Part shown: positions 27,059-35,801 of the stretch, piece after piece
Layout: each line of letters starts with the position of its first letter
How positions within the stretch are numbered: the first letter of the stretch is position 1
Assembly (NCBI GenBank): GCA_038253125.1
Contig: JBBSHM010000005.1
Span: forward strand, 56 to 64,055
DNA length: 64,000 bases
Direction: 5' to 3'
DNA from: Acidimicrobiales bacterium
GTDB lineage: Bacteria > Actinomycetota > Acidimicrobiia > Acidimicrobiales > JAUJNH01
Program-made: the position numbers and the translations under genes
Notes under the pieces: model-generated
The model's input: the letters and a program-made list of their open reading frames with translations, nothing else
Database searches by the model: none
Told to the model about the DNA's origin: nothing

Positions 27059-27472
27059 GTGGGGTGGCTGGCGCTCGCGTTCGTGGTGGTGCCTTTCATC
27101 GAGCTCTTCGTGCTCATCCAGGTCGGACAGGTGATCGGGGTGTGGTGGACCATCCTGCTCGTCATCGCCATCTCCATCCTCGGGTCGTGGCTGGTGAAGC
27201 GTGAGGGCTGGACCCTGTGGCGCCGGATCACCAGCCGGGTGCAGGCCGGCGAGGTGCCGGGCGACGACCTGGTGGACGGAGGCCTCCTCCTCCTGGCCGG
27301 CGCCCTGCTCCTCACGCCGGGCTTCATCACCGATGTCGCCGCCCTCGTCCTGCTCTTCCCCCCGACCCGGACCGCCGTCCGCCGGGTGGTGCTACGACGG
27401 CTCACCGCCAGGGCCGCCTTCGTCCGTCAAGGGCCCGGCGGGCCGAACAGCCCGGGCGTGATCGACATCTGA
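27059..27472 (+). CDS. fxsA: FxsA-family membrane protein
   Basis: 137 aa. PFIELFVLIQVGQVIG and LLLTPGFITD are characteristic of FxsA. Confidence 0.85.
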   Translation: MGWLALAFVVVPFIELFVLIQVGQVIGVWWTILLVIAISILGSWLVKREGWTLWRRITSRVQAGEVPGDDLVDGGLLLLAGALLLTPGFITDVAALVLLFPPTRTAVRRVVLRRLTARAAFVRQGPGGPNSPGVIDI

Positions 27473-27500
27473 GGGTGAAGTAGCACAGTACGGTCCCCTC

Positions 27501-28289
27501 GTGCACCAGCTCGTGATCGTGGGCGGCGGCCGGATGGGCGAGGCCCTGCTGGCCGGCCTGGTGGCCGGGAGTTGCCGGTCGGCCGACCTGGCCGTGGTCG
27601 AGCTCGACGACAGCCGGCGCCGGGCGCTGGCGGCGAGGTTCCCAGGGGTGACCGTCAGCGACGGTCCACTCGAAGCGGTCGGTGCTGTCCTGGCGGTGAA
27701 GCCCGCGGCGGTGGCCGCCGCCGCCCGGGCTGTCGGCCAGGCCGGATGTCGCCGGGTCCTGTCGATCGCCGCCGGGGTGACGATCGCCACCCTTGAGAGT
27801 GCCCTGCCGGCCGGCACGCCGGTGGTGCGGGCCATGCCCAACACCCCGGCGCTGGTGGGCGCGGGGGCGGCCGCCATCGCCGGCGGCACCGCAGCCGCCG
27901 AGGCGGACGTGGCTTGGGCCGAGGAGGTGCTCGGCGCCGTCGGGGTGGTGGTGCGGGTGGACGAGACGCTGCTCGATGCGGTCACCGGCCTCTCCGGCTC
28001 GGGCCCCGCCTATGTGTTCATGGTGGCCGAGGCGCTGATCGAGGCGGGCGTGCTGGTGGGCCTGCCCCGGGACGTGTCATCCGCTTTAGCCGTGCAGACC
28101 CTGCTGGGCTCGGCCCGGCTGCTGGCCGAGGGGACAGACGGGCCCGAGGCGCTGCGGGCGCAGGTCACCTCGCCCGGCGGCACGACGGCGGCCGGCCTCG
28201 CCGTGCTCGAGGACCGGGGGGTGCGGGCCGCCTTCCTGGCCGCCGTCACCGCTGCCACCGAGCGCAGCCAGGCTCTGGGTCGGGCCTGA
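27501..28289 (+). CDS. proC: pyrroline-5-carboxylate reductase
   Basis: 262 aa. IVGGGRMGEAL Rossmann motif, VVRAMPNTPALVG, and C-terminal SPGGTTAAGL. Confidence 0.9.
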   Translation: MHQLVIVGGGRMGEALLAGLVAGSCRSADLAVVELDDSRRRALAARFPGVTVSDGPLEAVGAVLAVKPAAVAAAARAVGQAGCRRVLSIAAGVTIATLESALPAGTPVVRAMPNTPALVGAGAAAIAGGTAAAEADVAWAEEVLGAVGVVVRVDETLLDAVTGLSGSGPAYVFMVAEALIEAGVLVGLPRDVSSALAVQTLLGSARLLAEGTDGPEALRAQVTSPGGTTAAGLAVLEDRGVRAAFLAAVTAATERSQALGRA

Positions 28290-28409
28290 CCCGCTGCCGT
28301 CGCTGGCCGCCGCCGATGGGTCCGGATGAGGCGCCGCCCCCAGCACCCACTTCGCCCCCACATACCCCAGCCCCTAGCATGCCGGGCTGCGGAGAGGGGT
28401 GATACTCAC

Positions 28410-28601
28410 ATGAGCACCGAAAACGAGGCGCGGTTCGTGACCGTGGCCGAGGTCGCGGACCGACTTCGGGTTTCGACGATGACCGTCTACCGGCTGATCC
28501 AGGGCGGCGACCTTCCGGCCGCCCGGATCGGCAAGAGCTACCGCCTGCGCGAGGAGGACATCGACCGCTTCCTGCAGTCCCGCTTCCACGCCGCCGGCTG
28601 A
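28410..28601 (+). CDS. excisionase-family (MerR-like) helix-turn-helix DNA-binding protein
   Basis: The track ORF was trimmed to MSTENEARFVTVAEVADRLRVSTMTVYRLIQGGDLPAARIGKSYRLREEDIDRFL. Its position after proC matches common actinobacterial synteny, as I recall it. Confidence 0.85.
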   Translation: MSTENEARFVTVAEVADRLRVSTMTVYRLIQGGDLPAARIGKSYRLREEDIDRFLQSRFHAAG

Positions 28602-28719
28602 GCGGCGACCGACCGGGTCTGTCCACAGGCTTCTGCACAAGAAGTGGCCCTTGCGCTCCACAGGGGTGGGGCTAGAGGCTTCGTCCCGGGCCAGCGCTCG
28701 GGAGGAGGAGGTCACCCTG

Positions 28720-28893
28720 ATGGTGATCGGTGGGCACGATCTGGCGACGGCGCTGAAGCGCCGCCGCATTGGGCGGTCGGTGCTGGTCGAGCGCTGCGAC
28801 CGCTGCTGTGGCACGGCGTGGCTGCCGGGCGACCCCTCCACCGTGCCGGCCGGCCTCCTGGTGCTCGCCGCCATCTCGCTGACCCGGCAGTAG
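28720..28893 (+). CDS. small hypothetical protein (57 aa) with CxxCC cluster and hydrophobic tail
   Basis: ATG preceded by GGGAGGAGGAGG with an 8-nt spacer. Sequence MVIGGHDLATALKRRRIGRSVLVERCDRCCGTAWLPGDPSTVPAGLLVLAAISLTRQ. I recognise no family. Confidence 0.3.
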   Translation: MVIGGHDLATALKRRRIGRSVLVERCDRCCGTAWLPGDPSTVPAGLLVLAAISLTRQ

Positions 28894-28906
28894 CGTCGGC
28901 CGGCGC

Positions 28907-29719
28907 ATGGGCCGGGCCTACGACACCGTCTCGCTCATCACCGACCTCGGCACGACCGACGAGATGGCCGGGGTCCTGCGATCGGTGGTGCGCTCGATCT
29001 CGCCTCACGCCGTGGTCGTCGACATCACCCACGACGTGGCGCCTCACGACGTGCGGGCCGGCAGCCTCGCCCTCGTTCGGGCCGCCCAGTACCTGGCCGC
29101 CGGTGTGGTGGTCGGAGGCGTCGACCCCGGCGCCGGCACGAGCCGCCGGGTCATCGCCGTCGAGGTGGGAAGTGGCCAGAGCGTGCTCGTCGGCCCTGAC
29201 AACGGGCTGCTGGCGCCGGCGGTCAGCCTGTGCGGCGGCGCCGACCGGGTGGTCGAGCTGCTTAGCCTCGAGCACCGCATCGCCCCCGCCGGCGGAGCGA
29301 CCTTCGCCGCCCGCGACGTGCTCGTGCCGGCAGCCGCCCACCTGTGCAATGGGGTGGACCTGGCCGATCTCGGGCCCGCCGTCGACCCCTTCTCGCTGCT
29401 CCCCGGGATAGTCGCTCTGACCCGCCTCGAGGATGATGTCTTAAAGGCTGAGGTGCTGTGGGTCGACCGGTTCGGCAACGCCCAGCTGAACGTCGACCCT
29501 GAGGAGTTGAAGGGCTTCGGCGACCGGCTCACGGTGCTGGTGGGCGACCGCACCCGCACGGCGGTGGCCGCCACCACGTTCGCGTCCCTGGGCCCCGGTC
29601 AGCTCGGCTTCCTGGTCGACAGCTACGGCCTGGTGGCGCTGGTCCTGGACCAGGCGTCGGCGGCCGAAGAGCTCGGCCTCAGCCCCGGAGCCCCGGTCGA
29701 CCTCAGCGCCCTGGGTTAG
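28907..29719 (+). CDS. SAM hydrolase / SAM hydroxide adenosyltransferase family protein (DUF62)
   Basis: 270 aa. SLITDLGTTDEMAGVLRSV, VVGGVDPGAGT and VDRFGNAQLN match the DUF62 (fluorinase/chlorinase-related) family. Confidence 0.8.
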   Translation: MGRAYDTVSLITDLGTTDEMAGVLRSVVRSISPHAVVVDITHDVAPHDVRAGSLALVRAAQYLAAGVVVGGVDPGAGTSRRVIAVEVGSGQSVLVGPDNGLLAPAVSLCGGADRVVELLSLEHRIAPAGGATFAARDVLVPAAAHLCNGVDLADLGPAVDPFSLLPGIVALTRLEDDVLKAEVLWVDRFGNAQLNVDPEELKGFGDRLTVLVGDRTRTAVAATTFASLGPGQLGFLVDSYGLVALVLDQASAAEELGLSPGAPVDLSALG

Positions 29720-29830
29720 GGTGCGGGAACGAGATGCGCCCGGCCACCACCATCGCCCTCGGTGTGCTGCTGCTGGTGATCTTCCTGGCGGCGACGATCC
29801 AGCTCGTCCTCATCGGTCGCTGAGCCGGCC

Positions 29831-30490
29831 TCACGCCGGCTGGGCGTCGCCGAAGGAAGCGACGGTGTCGTCCCGCTTCACCAGCCAGTAGCCCCCGCCG
29901 GACGGTGTGGCGGCCATCGCCGCCACCGGCTGGCTGAGAGCGACTCCGCCCAGGCTGCCGAAGAACGGGGCGTCTCCGAAGCTGAAGATGCCTCAGTCGG
30001 CCGCCACCATGCGGTAGCCCCGCCCGGTGGCGCTGCGGGCCATCCCGGTGATCGGCGAGACCAGGCGCAGCGCCCCGGTCGAGCCGTAGAAGGCCGCGTC
30101 GCCGAAGGAGAAGATGCCGCCGTCGCTGGCCACCAGCCAGTAGCCCCGGCCGGTTGAGGTGGCGGCCATGCCCACCACGGGACGGTTCAGGCGGAACGCC
30201 CCGGTCGACCCGTAGAAGCCGGCGTCGCCGAAGCTGAAGATGCCGCCGTCGCTGGCCACCAGCCAGTAGCCCCGGCCGGAGGGTGTGGGGGCCATGCCGA
30301 CGATCGGCTGGTTCAGCCGGTAACCGCCGGTGGAGCCGTAGAAGCCGGCGTCGCCGAAGGAGAAGATCCCCCCGTCACTGGCCACCAGCCAGTAACCGCC
30401 ACCGCTCGGGGTGCCGGCCACACCCACCACGGGCTGGTTGAGGGCCACGTTCACCTGGCCGAGGTAGGGGGCGCCGGCCTTGGCCGAGAC
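29831..30490 (-). repeat. tandem coding repeats, ~126-bp (42-aa) unit, about 5-6 copies
   Basis: Repeat consensus ...G(R/G)[28 protein letters not shown](I/V)VGMA.T... GGIF codons recur at exactly 126-nt spacing. The last copy lies beyond the annotated stop. Boundaries are approximate. Confidence 0.7.
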
Positions 30491-31018
30491 CCTGCCGGTG
30501 CTGCTCGCCGTCCACAGCCCGCCCAGGCTGCGCCCGGAGGCGGCCACGGTGACGACCGCTGGCGGGGGCGGCGGCAGGATGGCGTTGGTGAGCAGGAACA
30601 CCTGCGTGGTCCACAGGCGGCCACCCGATAACACCTGGCCGATGCCGACGGCGTTGTAGTCCCCGAGGAGGTTGGCCCGGTGGGCGGGCGAGTCCACGAA
30701 GGCCTGGAACAGCGACGCCTCGTCCAAGCCGTAGCCGACGTTCTCGCCCAGGCGGGTCCACGGCGTGGTCACCTGCTGCTGGAGCAGGGGGTTGTGGGCC
30801 AGGGTGCCGGTGGCCGCCATCGTCCCGGTCCAGACCTGGGCGACGAGGCTCGAAGCGGGGTCCTCGGCCAGGGGGCCGAGCCCGTTCTGGGACCGGAAGG
30901 TGTTGATCCGGCTCAGCCAGGAACCCGGGGCGGCAGCCGCAGGTGAGGCGCTGCCGATGCTGAGGAGCAGCACCGCAGCCAGACCAAGAGTAGCGAGGAG
31001 AGCAAGGGGGCGGCGCAT
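29993..31018 (-). CDS. secreted CAP/SCP-domain protein with C-terminal [17 protein letters not shown] repeats (truncated by in-frame TGA)
   Basis: 341 aa. Signal peptide MRRPLALLATLGLAAVLLLSIGSASPAAAA. CAP-like region (NTFRSQNGLGPL, HRANLLGDYNAVGIG), then 42-aa repeats. Confidence 0.8.
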   Translation of the reverse strand: MRRPLALLATLGLAAVLLLSIGSASPAAAAPGSWLSRINTFRSQNGLGPLAEDPASSLVAQVWTGTMAATGTLAHNPLLQQQVTTPWTRLGENVGYGLDEASLFQAFVDSPAHRANLLGDYNAVGIGQVLSGGRLWTTQVFLLTNAILPPPPPAVVTVAASGRSLGGLWTASSTGRVSAKAGAPYLGQVNVALNQPVVGVAGTPSGGGYWLVASDGGIFSFGDAGFYGSTGGYRLNQPIVGMAPTPSGRGYWLVASDGGIFSFGDAGFYGSTGAFRLNRPVVGMAATSTGRGYWLVASDGGIFSFGDAAFYGSTGALRLVSPITGMARSATGRGYRMVAAD

Positions 31019-31167
31019 GACCTGGCATCGGTAGGGCGGGTGAGCACCTTGACCACGGGCCCGGCGCTATGGGGCCAACCCGGTCATCGGGAACCGGCCG
31101 ACCGGCCGGCGCCGCCCGGGGAGCGCAGCTTCACAACCGGGGCGCCCTCCCTCTAGGTTGCCCGTCG

Positions 31168-31821
31168 GTGACGTCACGTCAGATCCCCGAGGCCACCGTG
31201 GCCCGGCTGCCGCTCTACCTGCGCTGCCTGCACGGCGAGGCGACACGGGGCGTGGCGACCGTGTCCAGCGAGCAGCTGGCCGTCCTGGCCGGGGTGAACG
31301 CCGCCAAGGTGCGCAAGGACCTGTCCCAGCTCGGCTCCTACGGCACCCGGGGCGTCGGCTATGACGTCGAGTTCCTGGTGTTCCAGATCCGCCGGGAGCT
31401 CGGGCTCACCCAGGACTGGCCGGTGGCCATCGCCGGGGCCGGCAACCTGGGCGAGGCCCTGGCCGGCTATGCCGGCTTCGCCGCCCGCGGCTTTGTCGTG
31501 GTCGCCATGTTCGACTCCGATCCCGCCAAGATCGGGCGCAGCGCCGGAGGCGCGCCGGTCCTGCCGATCCGGGACCTTCCGGTGGTCACCGCCGAGATGG
31601 GGGTGTCCATCGGGATCATCTGCACGCCGCCCGAGGTTGCCCAGGAGGTGGCCGACGCCTACGTCGCCGCCGGGGTCACCAGCCTCCTCTCCTTCGCCCC
31701 CACCGTTCTGAGCGTGCCTGCCAGCGTCGTGGTGCGCATGGTCGACCTATCGATGGAGCTTCAGATCCTCAGCTTCCACAGCCAGCGCATGGCGGAGCAG
31801 CTCGTCGTCGAGCCGGGTTAG
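31168..31821 (+). CDS. rex: redox-sensing transcriptional repressor Rex
   Basis: The track ORF was trimmed to the GTG giving VTSRQIPEATVARLPLYLRCL. Also has GYDVEFL and the Rossmann motif IAGAGNLGEAL. Confidence 0.9.
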   Translation: MTSRQIPEATVARLPLYLRCLHGEATRGVATVSSEQLAVLAGVNAAKVRKDLSQLGSYGTRGVGYDVEFLVFQIRRELGLTQDWPVAIAGAGNLGEALAGYAGFAARGFVVVAMFDSDPAKIGRSAGGAPVLPIRDLPVVTAEMGVSIGIICTPPEVAQEVADAYVAAGVTSLLSFAPTVLSVPASVVVRMVDLSMELQILSFHSQRMAEQLVVEPG

Positions 31822-32457
31822 GTGCCGGTCGAGGGGCCGCAGTACCCGGCCAACCTGGTTCTGCGGGGGCGCCGCGTGCTGGTCGTCGGTGCGGGCGCCA
31901 TCGCGGCGCGCAAGGTCGAGGGCCTGCTGGCCTGCGGCGCGGATGTGGTGGTGGTTGCGCCATCCGTCGGCGACGGCATCCGCCGTCTCGCTGATGCCGG
32001 GGTCGTGCGGCTGCACGAGAGGGCCTACCGCCCCGGCGATCTCGACGAGGTCTGGCTGGCTGTCACCGCCACCGACGACCCGGCGGTCAACCGGGCCGTC
32101 TTCGCCGACGGTGAGTCCCGGCGGATCTGGGTGAACGCCGCCGACGACCCGGCATCCTGCTCCTTCACGCTGCCGTCGGTGGTGCGCCAGGGCCCCATCA
32201 TGGTGACGGTGGCGACAGGTGGCCACAGCCCGGCGCTAGCCACCTGGCTGCGCCGTCACGTGGCCGACGAGCTAGGTCCGGAGTACGCCCAGCTGGCCCT
32301 CCTGCTGGCCGAGGCCCGGTCCGAGCTGCAGGCCGCGGGACGCACCACCGAGGGGCTGAATTGGCTGTCGGCCATCGACTCAGGGATGCTTGAGATGATC
32401 CGACTGGGAGATGTCGGGCGAGCAAAGGAGCGCCTGCAGGCGTGTCTGTTGTCGTAG
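31822..32457 (+). CDS. precorrin-2 dehydrogenase / sirohydrochlorin ferrochelatase (siroheme synthase N-terminal type)
   Basis: 211 aa. VLVVGAGAIAARKVEGLLACGADVVVVAP and NAADDPASCSF. Confidence 0.8.
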   Translation: MPVEGPQYPANLVLRGRRVLVVGAGAIAARKVEGLLACGADVVVVAPSVGDGIRRLADAGVVRLHERAYRPGDLDEVWLAVTATDDPAVNRAVFADGESRRIWVNAADDPASCSFTLPSVVRQGPIMVTVATGGHSPALATWLRRHVADELGPEYAQLALLLAEARSELQAAGRTTEGLNWLSAIDSGMLEMIRLGDVGRAKERLQACLLS

Positions 32458-33701
32458 TCGGGCTGAACCACCGCACCGTGCCCCTGCCGGTGCTGGAGCG
32501 CATGACCGTCTCGGCGTCGCGCCTGCCGAAGGCCCTGCACGACCTGCGGGGTCGCCGTCACCTGGCCGAGGCCGTGCTGCTCAGCACCTGCGCCCGCACC
32601 GAGATCTACGTGGTGGCCGACAAGTTCCACGGGGCCCTGCAGAGCGTGCGCGACTTCCTGGCCGAGCAGTTCTTCACCGCCCCCGAGGAGTTCGGCGACC
32701 ACCTCTATGACTTCTACGACGACGCCGCCGTACAGCACCTGTTCCGGGTGGCGGCCGGCGTCGACTCGGCGGTGCTGGGCGAGGGCGAGATCCTGGGCCA
32801 GGTCGGCCGGGCGGCCGAGACGGCGCGATCCGAGGGCACCTGCGGCGCCGAGCTGTCCTCGCTGTTCCGCCACGCCGCCCTCGTCGGCAAGCGGGCCCGT
32901 AGCGAGACGGGCATCGCCCGCGGGGTCACCTCGGTGTCCCAGGCCGCCGTCAGCCTGGCCGAGCGCACGCTGGGCAGCCTGGCCGGCAGCAGCATCCTGG
33001 TTCTGGGCGCCGGCGACACCGGCGAGGGCATGGCCCAGGCCCTGAAGGAGAACGGCGGCGCCTCGGTCCGCGTGGCCAACCGCACCGCCCGCAAGGCCGC
33101 CGAGGTGGCCCACCGGGTCGGCGGCGTGCCAGTGGCCGTCGGCGACCTGGCCCAGCACGTAGCCGAGGTGGACGTGCTGCTGACCTCCACCTCGTCCGAG
33201 CAGTACGTGCTGACCGCTGACGACGTTGCTGACGTCATGGTCGAGCGGAGAGGCCGACCCCTGCTGATCGTCGACGTGGCCGTGCCCCGTGACGTCGACC
33301 CGGCGGCCCACGACCTGGAAGGCGTGACGCTCCTCGACATGAGCGACATCACCACCTTCGCCCGCCTCGGCCGTGAGGCCCGCTCGGCCGAGGTGCGCTC
33401 GGTCGGCGCCATCATCGAAGACGAGATGGCCCGCCATCGGGCGGCCACGGCCAGCCGCGAGGTCGCCCCGCTTGTCGTCGCCCTCCACGACCGGGCCGAG
33501 GTCGTCCGGGTGGCCGAGCTGGAGCGCTTCCGGGGCCGCCTGTCGGACCTGGGCGACAAGGACCGGGCCGCTGTCGAGGCGCTCACCCGGGGCATCGTGG
33601 CCAAGCTCCTCCACGACCCCACGGTCGGGCTCAAGGGCGCCGCCGGCACCGCCCAAGGCGACCGCCTCAGCGACGCCGTCCGCACCCTGTTCAACCTGTA
33701 G
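32442..33701 (+). CDS. hemA: glutamyl-tRNA reductase
   Basis: 419 aa. VVGLNHRTVPL, LSTCARTEIY (catalytic Cys), and ILVLGAGDTGE. Confidence 0.95.
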   Translation: MSVVVVGLNHRTVPLPVLERMTVSASRLPKALHDLRGRRHLAEAVLLSTCARTEIYVVADKFHGALQSVRDFLAEQFFTAPEEFGDHLYDFYDDAAVQHLFRVAAGVDSAVLGEGEILGQVGRAAETARSEGTCGAELSSLFRHAALVGKRARSETGIARGVTSVSQAAVSLAERTLGSLAGSSILVLGAGDTGEGMAQALKENGGASVRVANRTARKAAEVAHRVGGVPVAVGDLAQHVAEVDVLLTSTSSEQYVLTADDVADVMVERRGRPLLIVDVAVPRDVDPAAHDLEGVTLLDMSDITTFARLGREARSAEVRSVGAIIEDEMARHRAATASREVAPLVVALHDRAEVVRVAELERFRGRLSDLGDKDRAAVEALTRGIVAKLLHDPTVGLKGAAGTAQGDRLSDAVRTLFNL

Positions 33702-33702
33702 C

Positions 33703-33835
33703 CGCTCTCTTCGACCCGCAGACCCTCCAGTAGAAGGTCGAGCGGGTGACGAAGAACGGCTCCTCCAGTTCACCGATGTGTGGCCTCCCGCCAGGTATAG
33801 GCGACGAGGTGAGCTTCCTGTTCGGGGGCTAGTTT
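33703..33835 (-). pseudogene. frameshifted helix-turn-helix fragment of a transposase/recombinase-type gene
   Basis: The minus strand gives KLAPEQEAHLVAYTWREATH, then after a frameshift IGELEEPFFVTRSTFYWRV. This matches the common L(S/T)PEQEAELV...LAERFGVSRSTVYR pattern of IS-associated HTH proteins. There is no intact ORF. Confidence 0.4.
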
Positions 33836-34236
33836 GGGCTGTTGCCGCGGAGCCGGTCCTTGGCCGCGGGGCCTTCATGTGCTCCCGGGTGCGCTCATGG
33901 CCAGGCCGGGCTCGAAACTCCGTCACCACTGCCAGCACTTGAACAACAGACGCCCGCTTGGGTCCCTCGTAGGGTTCGAAAGCGTGTCGGCCAGGCCAGC
34001 GCCGCCACATCGGTGAGGAGGTTCTCGAAGGGCGAGCGGAGATGGTCCTCGGGCTCCCCGCGTCCGACGGCGAACTTGGCCGCGATGGCCGCTCCGTAGC
34101 CGGCGACGGCGGCGGCCATGGCGGGTCAGTCTGCCCGAGGGGTGGGACACCTACAGGCGGGCCAGTTCGAGCCGCTCGAGCTGGTGTTGCTGCGCCAAGG
34201 AGCGAGCCCTCGGTTCATGGCTATACTTATGGCGCT

Positions 34237-34521
34237 ATGAGCCCTGCTGATCAGATGTCCCTCGCCGATGTCAGGAACCATCTGTCCGAGGTGGTGGAAC
34301 GCCTGGAGCGCGAGCACGGACGTGTCGTCATCACCAAGCACGGGCGCCCTGCCGCCGTAGTGCTGAGCATCGAAGATCTGGAATCATTGGAAGAGACGCT
34401 CGACGTTCTCAGCAGCCCGGCGCTCATGAACGACATTCTCGAAGCGGTGGAAGGGTCCCCCCCCGGCGACGAGGCTCCCTTGACCAAGGCCCAGGCTCTC
34501 AAGCTGATCGCGAAGCGGTGA
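34237..34521 (+). CDS. Phd/YefM-family antitoxin
   Basis: The track ORF was trimmed to MSPADQMSLADVRNHLSEVVERLEREHGRVVITKHGRPAAVVLSIEDLESLEETLDVL. Confidence 0.85.
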   Translation: MSPADQMSLADVRNHLSEVVERLEREHGRVVITKHGRPAAVVLSIEDLESLEETLDVLSSPALMNDILEAVEGSPPGDEAPLTKAQALKLIAKR

Positions 34522-34793
34522 CGCTCGGCGACTTCGAGGTTGTCTGGGCGGCCACGGCTCGCCGGTCGTTGCCACGGTTGCCCGAGAAGGTGGCTACGGC
34601 CGTCGTCGAGTTCGTCTACGCCTCGCTCGCCGCCGACCCGCATCGGGTGGGCAAGCCGCTGAAGCTGGGGCTCGAAGGGCTCCACAGCGCACGCCGAGGT
34701 GACTATCGGGTCATATACCGCATCCACGAGCAGGGGCGGCGCATCGATGTCATCGCCGTGGAGCACCGCTCGGATGCCTACCGGCGTCGCTGA
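34518..34793 (+). CDS. RelE/ParE-family toxin
   Basis: 91 aa with a 4-nt overlap with the antitoxin gene. Contains RRGDYRVIYRIHEQGRRIDVIAVEHRSDAY. Confidence 0.85.
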   Translation: MTLGDFEVVWAATARRSLPRLPEKVATAVVEFVYASLAADPHRVGKPLKLGLEGLHSARRGDYRVIYRIHEQGRRIDVIAVEHRSDAYRRR

Positions 34794-34871
34794 CAGCTGA
34801 TCCGCTGCACCCTTCGGGCTCGGGCCGGCTCCTTGACCGCCTGGCCTACGGGCTCGGGCAGACTGCTGGCC

Positions 34872-35801
34872 GTGAGCCGGGTCCTGCGCATCGCCACCCG
34901 GGCTTCGCCTCTGGCCCGCTGGCAGGCGGAGCGGGTGGCCACCTTGCTGGGCGAGGCGTGCGAGGTGGTTGCGGTCGAGAGCCTGGGCGACCGGGTCCAG
35001 GACCGACCGATCCACCAGCTCGGCGGCCAGGGCGTCTTCGTCAAGGAGGTGCAGGCCGCCGTGCAGCGAGGAGACGCCGACCTGGCGGTGCACTCGGCCA
35101 AGGACCTGCCGTCGGGGTCAACGGCTGAGGGACTGGTGCTCGCCTGCGTGCCGGAACGGGCCGACGTGAGGGACTGCCTCGTCGGCGGCACCCTCGAGGA
35201 CTTGGCGGCGGGAGCGACGGTGGCCACCGGCAGCGTGCGCCGTCGGGCTCAGCTGGTCGCCCTGCGCCCCGACCTCGCCCTTGTCGAGCTGCGGGGCAAC
35301 ATGGCCAGCCGGCTCGCCAAGGTGCCGGCCGGGGGAGCGGTGATGGCGGCCGCCGCCGCCCTCCAGCGCCTCGGTGTTGCCGTCCGCATCTCCCAGCTGC
35401 TGGATCCGAGCGTCATGCTGCCCCAGGTGGCCCAGGGGGCGCTGGCCGTCGAGTGCCGGGCCGACGACTGCGACGCGCACGAACGGCTGGCTCGCATCGA
35501 GGACCCAGTCGCCCGCCGCACCGTCGACGCGGAACGCGCCTTCCTCGCCCGCCTGGGCGGCGGCTGCGACCTGCCCGTCGGCGCCCTGGCCACCGACCTC
35601 GGCGCCGGCCGCCTGCGCCTCGAAGGGCTCATCGCCGATCCGACCCCGTTCCGCGTGGTGGCCGAAGGCGACGACGCTCAGGTCCTGGGCCTGGCCGTAG
35701 CCGAAGCCGTCCTCGCCGGCCCCCATCCCCCCCTTCTGTCGGGAGTACCTGTCGCCCAGCGGAGGGCTTCTCCCGACAGAACCGGTGGGACCACCCCGTG
35801 A
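34872..35801 (+). CDS. hemC: hydroxymethylbilane synthase (porphobilinogen deaminase)
   Basis: LRIATRASPLARWQAE, DLAVHSAKDLP and RGNMASRL. The start is either GTG 34872 or the track start 34833. Confidence 0.9.
   Translation: MSRVLRIATRASPLARWQAERVATLLGEACEVVAVESLGDRVQDRPIHQLGGQGVFVKEVQAAVQRGDADLAVHSAKDLPSGSTAEGLVLACVPERADVRDCLVGGTLEDLAAGATVATGSVRRRAQLVALRPDLALVELRGNMASRLAKVPAGGAVMAAAAALQRLGVAVRISQLLDPSVMLPQVAQGALAVECRADDCDAHERLARIEDPVARRTVDAERAFLARLGGGCDLPVGALATDLGAGRLRLEGLIADPTPFRVVAEGDDAQVLGLAVAEAVLAGPHPPLLSGVPVAQRRASPDRTGGTTP

Noticed and set aside
29734-29823. 29-codon ORF, MRPATTIALGVLLLVIFLAATIQLVLIGR (a single TM helix), after the DUF62 gene.
   Set aside because: The RBS is weak and the ORF is very short. 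A hydrophobic peptide can arise by chance in GC-rich sequence. Without conservation data I cannot support it.
29831-30490. Regularly spaced ~126-bp repeats, considered as a possible CRISPR-like or non-coding array.
   Set aside because: The repeats are contiguous with no unique spacers, are in frame, and encode a conserved 42-aa protein repeat.
31130-31136. Rex operator upstream of rex itself (TTCACAA half-site).
   Set aside because: Only one half-site is present. The sequence 4 nt upstream does not resemble TTGTGAA.
33895-34119. 74-aa minus-strand ORF with GRGEPEDHLRSPFENLL, reminiscent of N-termini of large DNA methylase or restriction enzymes.
   Set aside because: The resemblance is from memory and covers only about 35 residues. 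The rest of the ORF is low-complexity. I kept it only as context for the mobile-debris finding.
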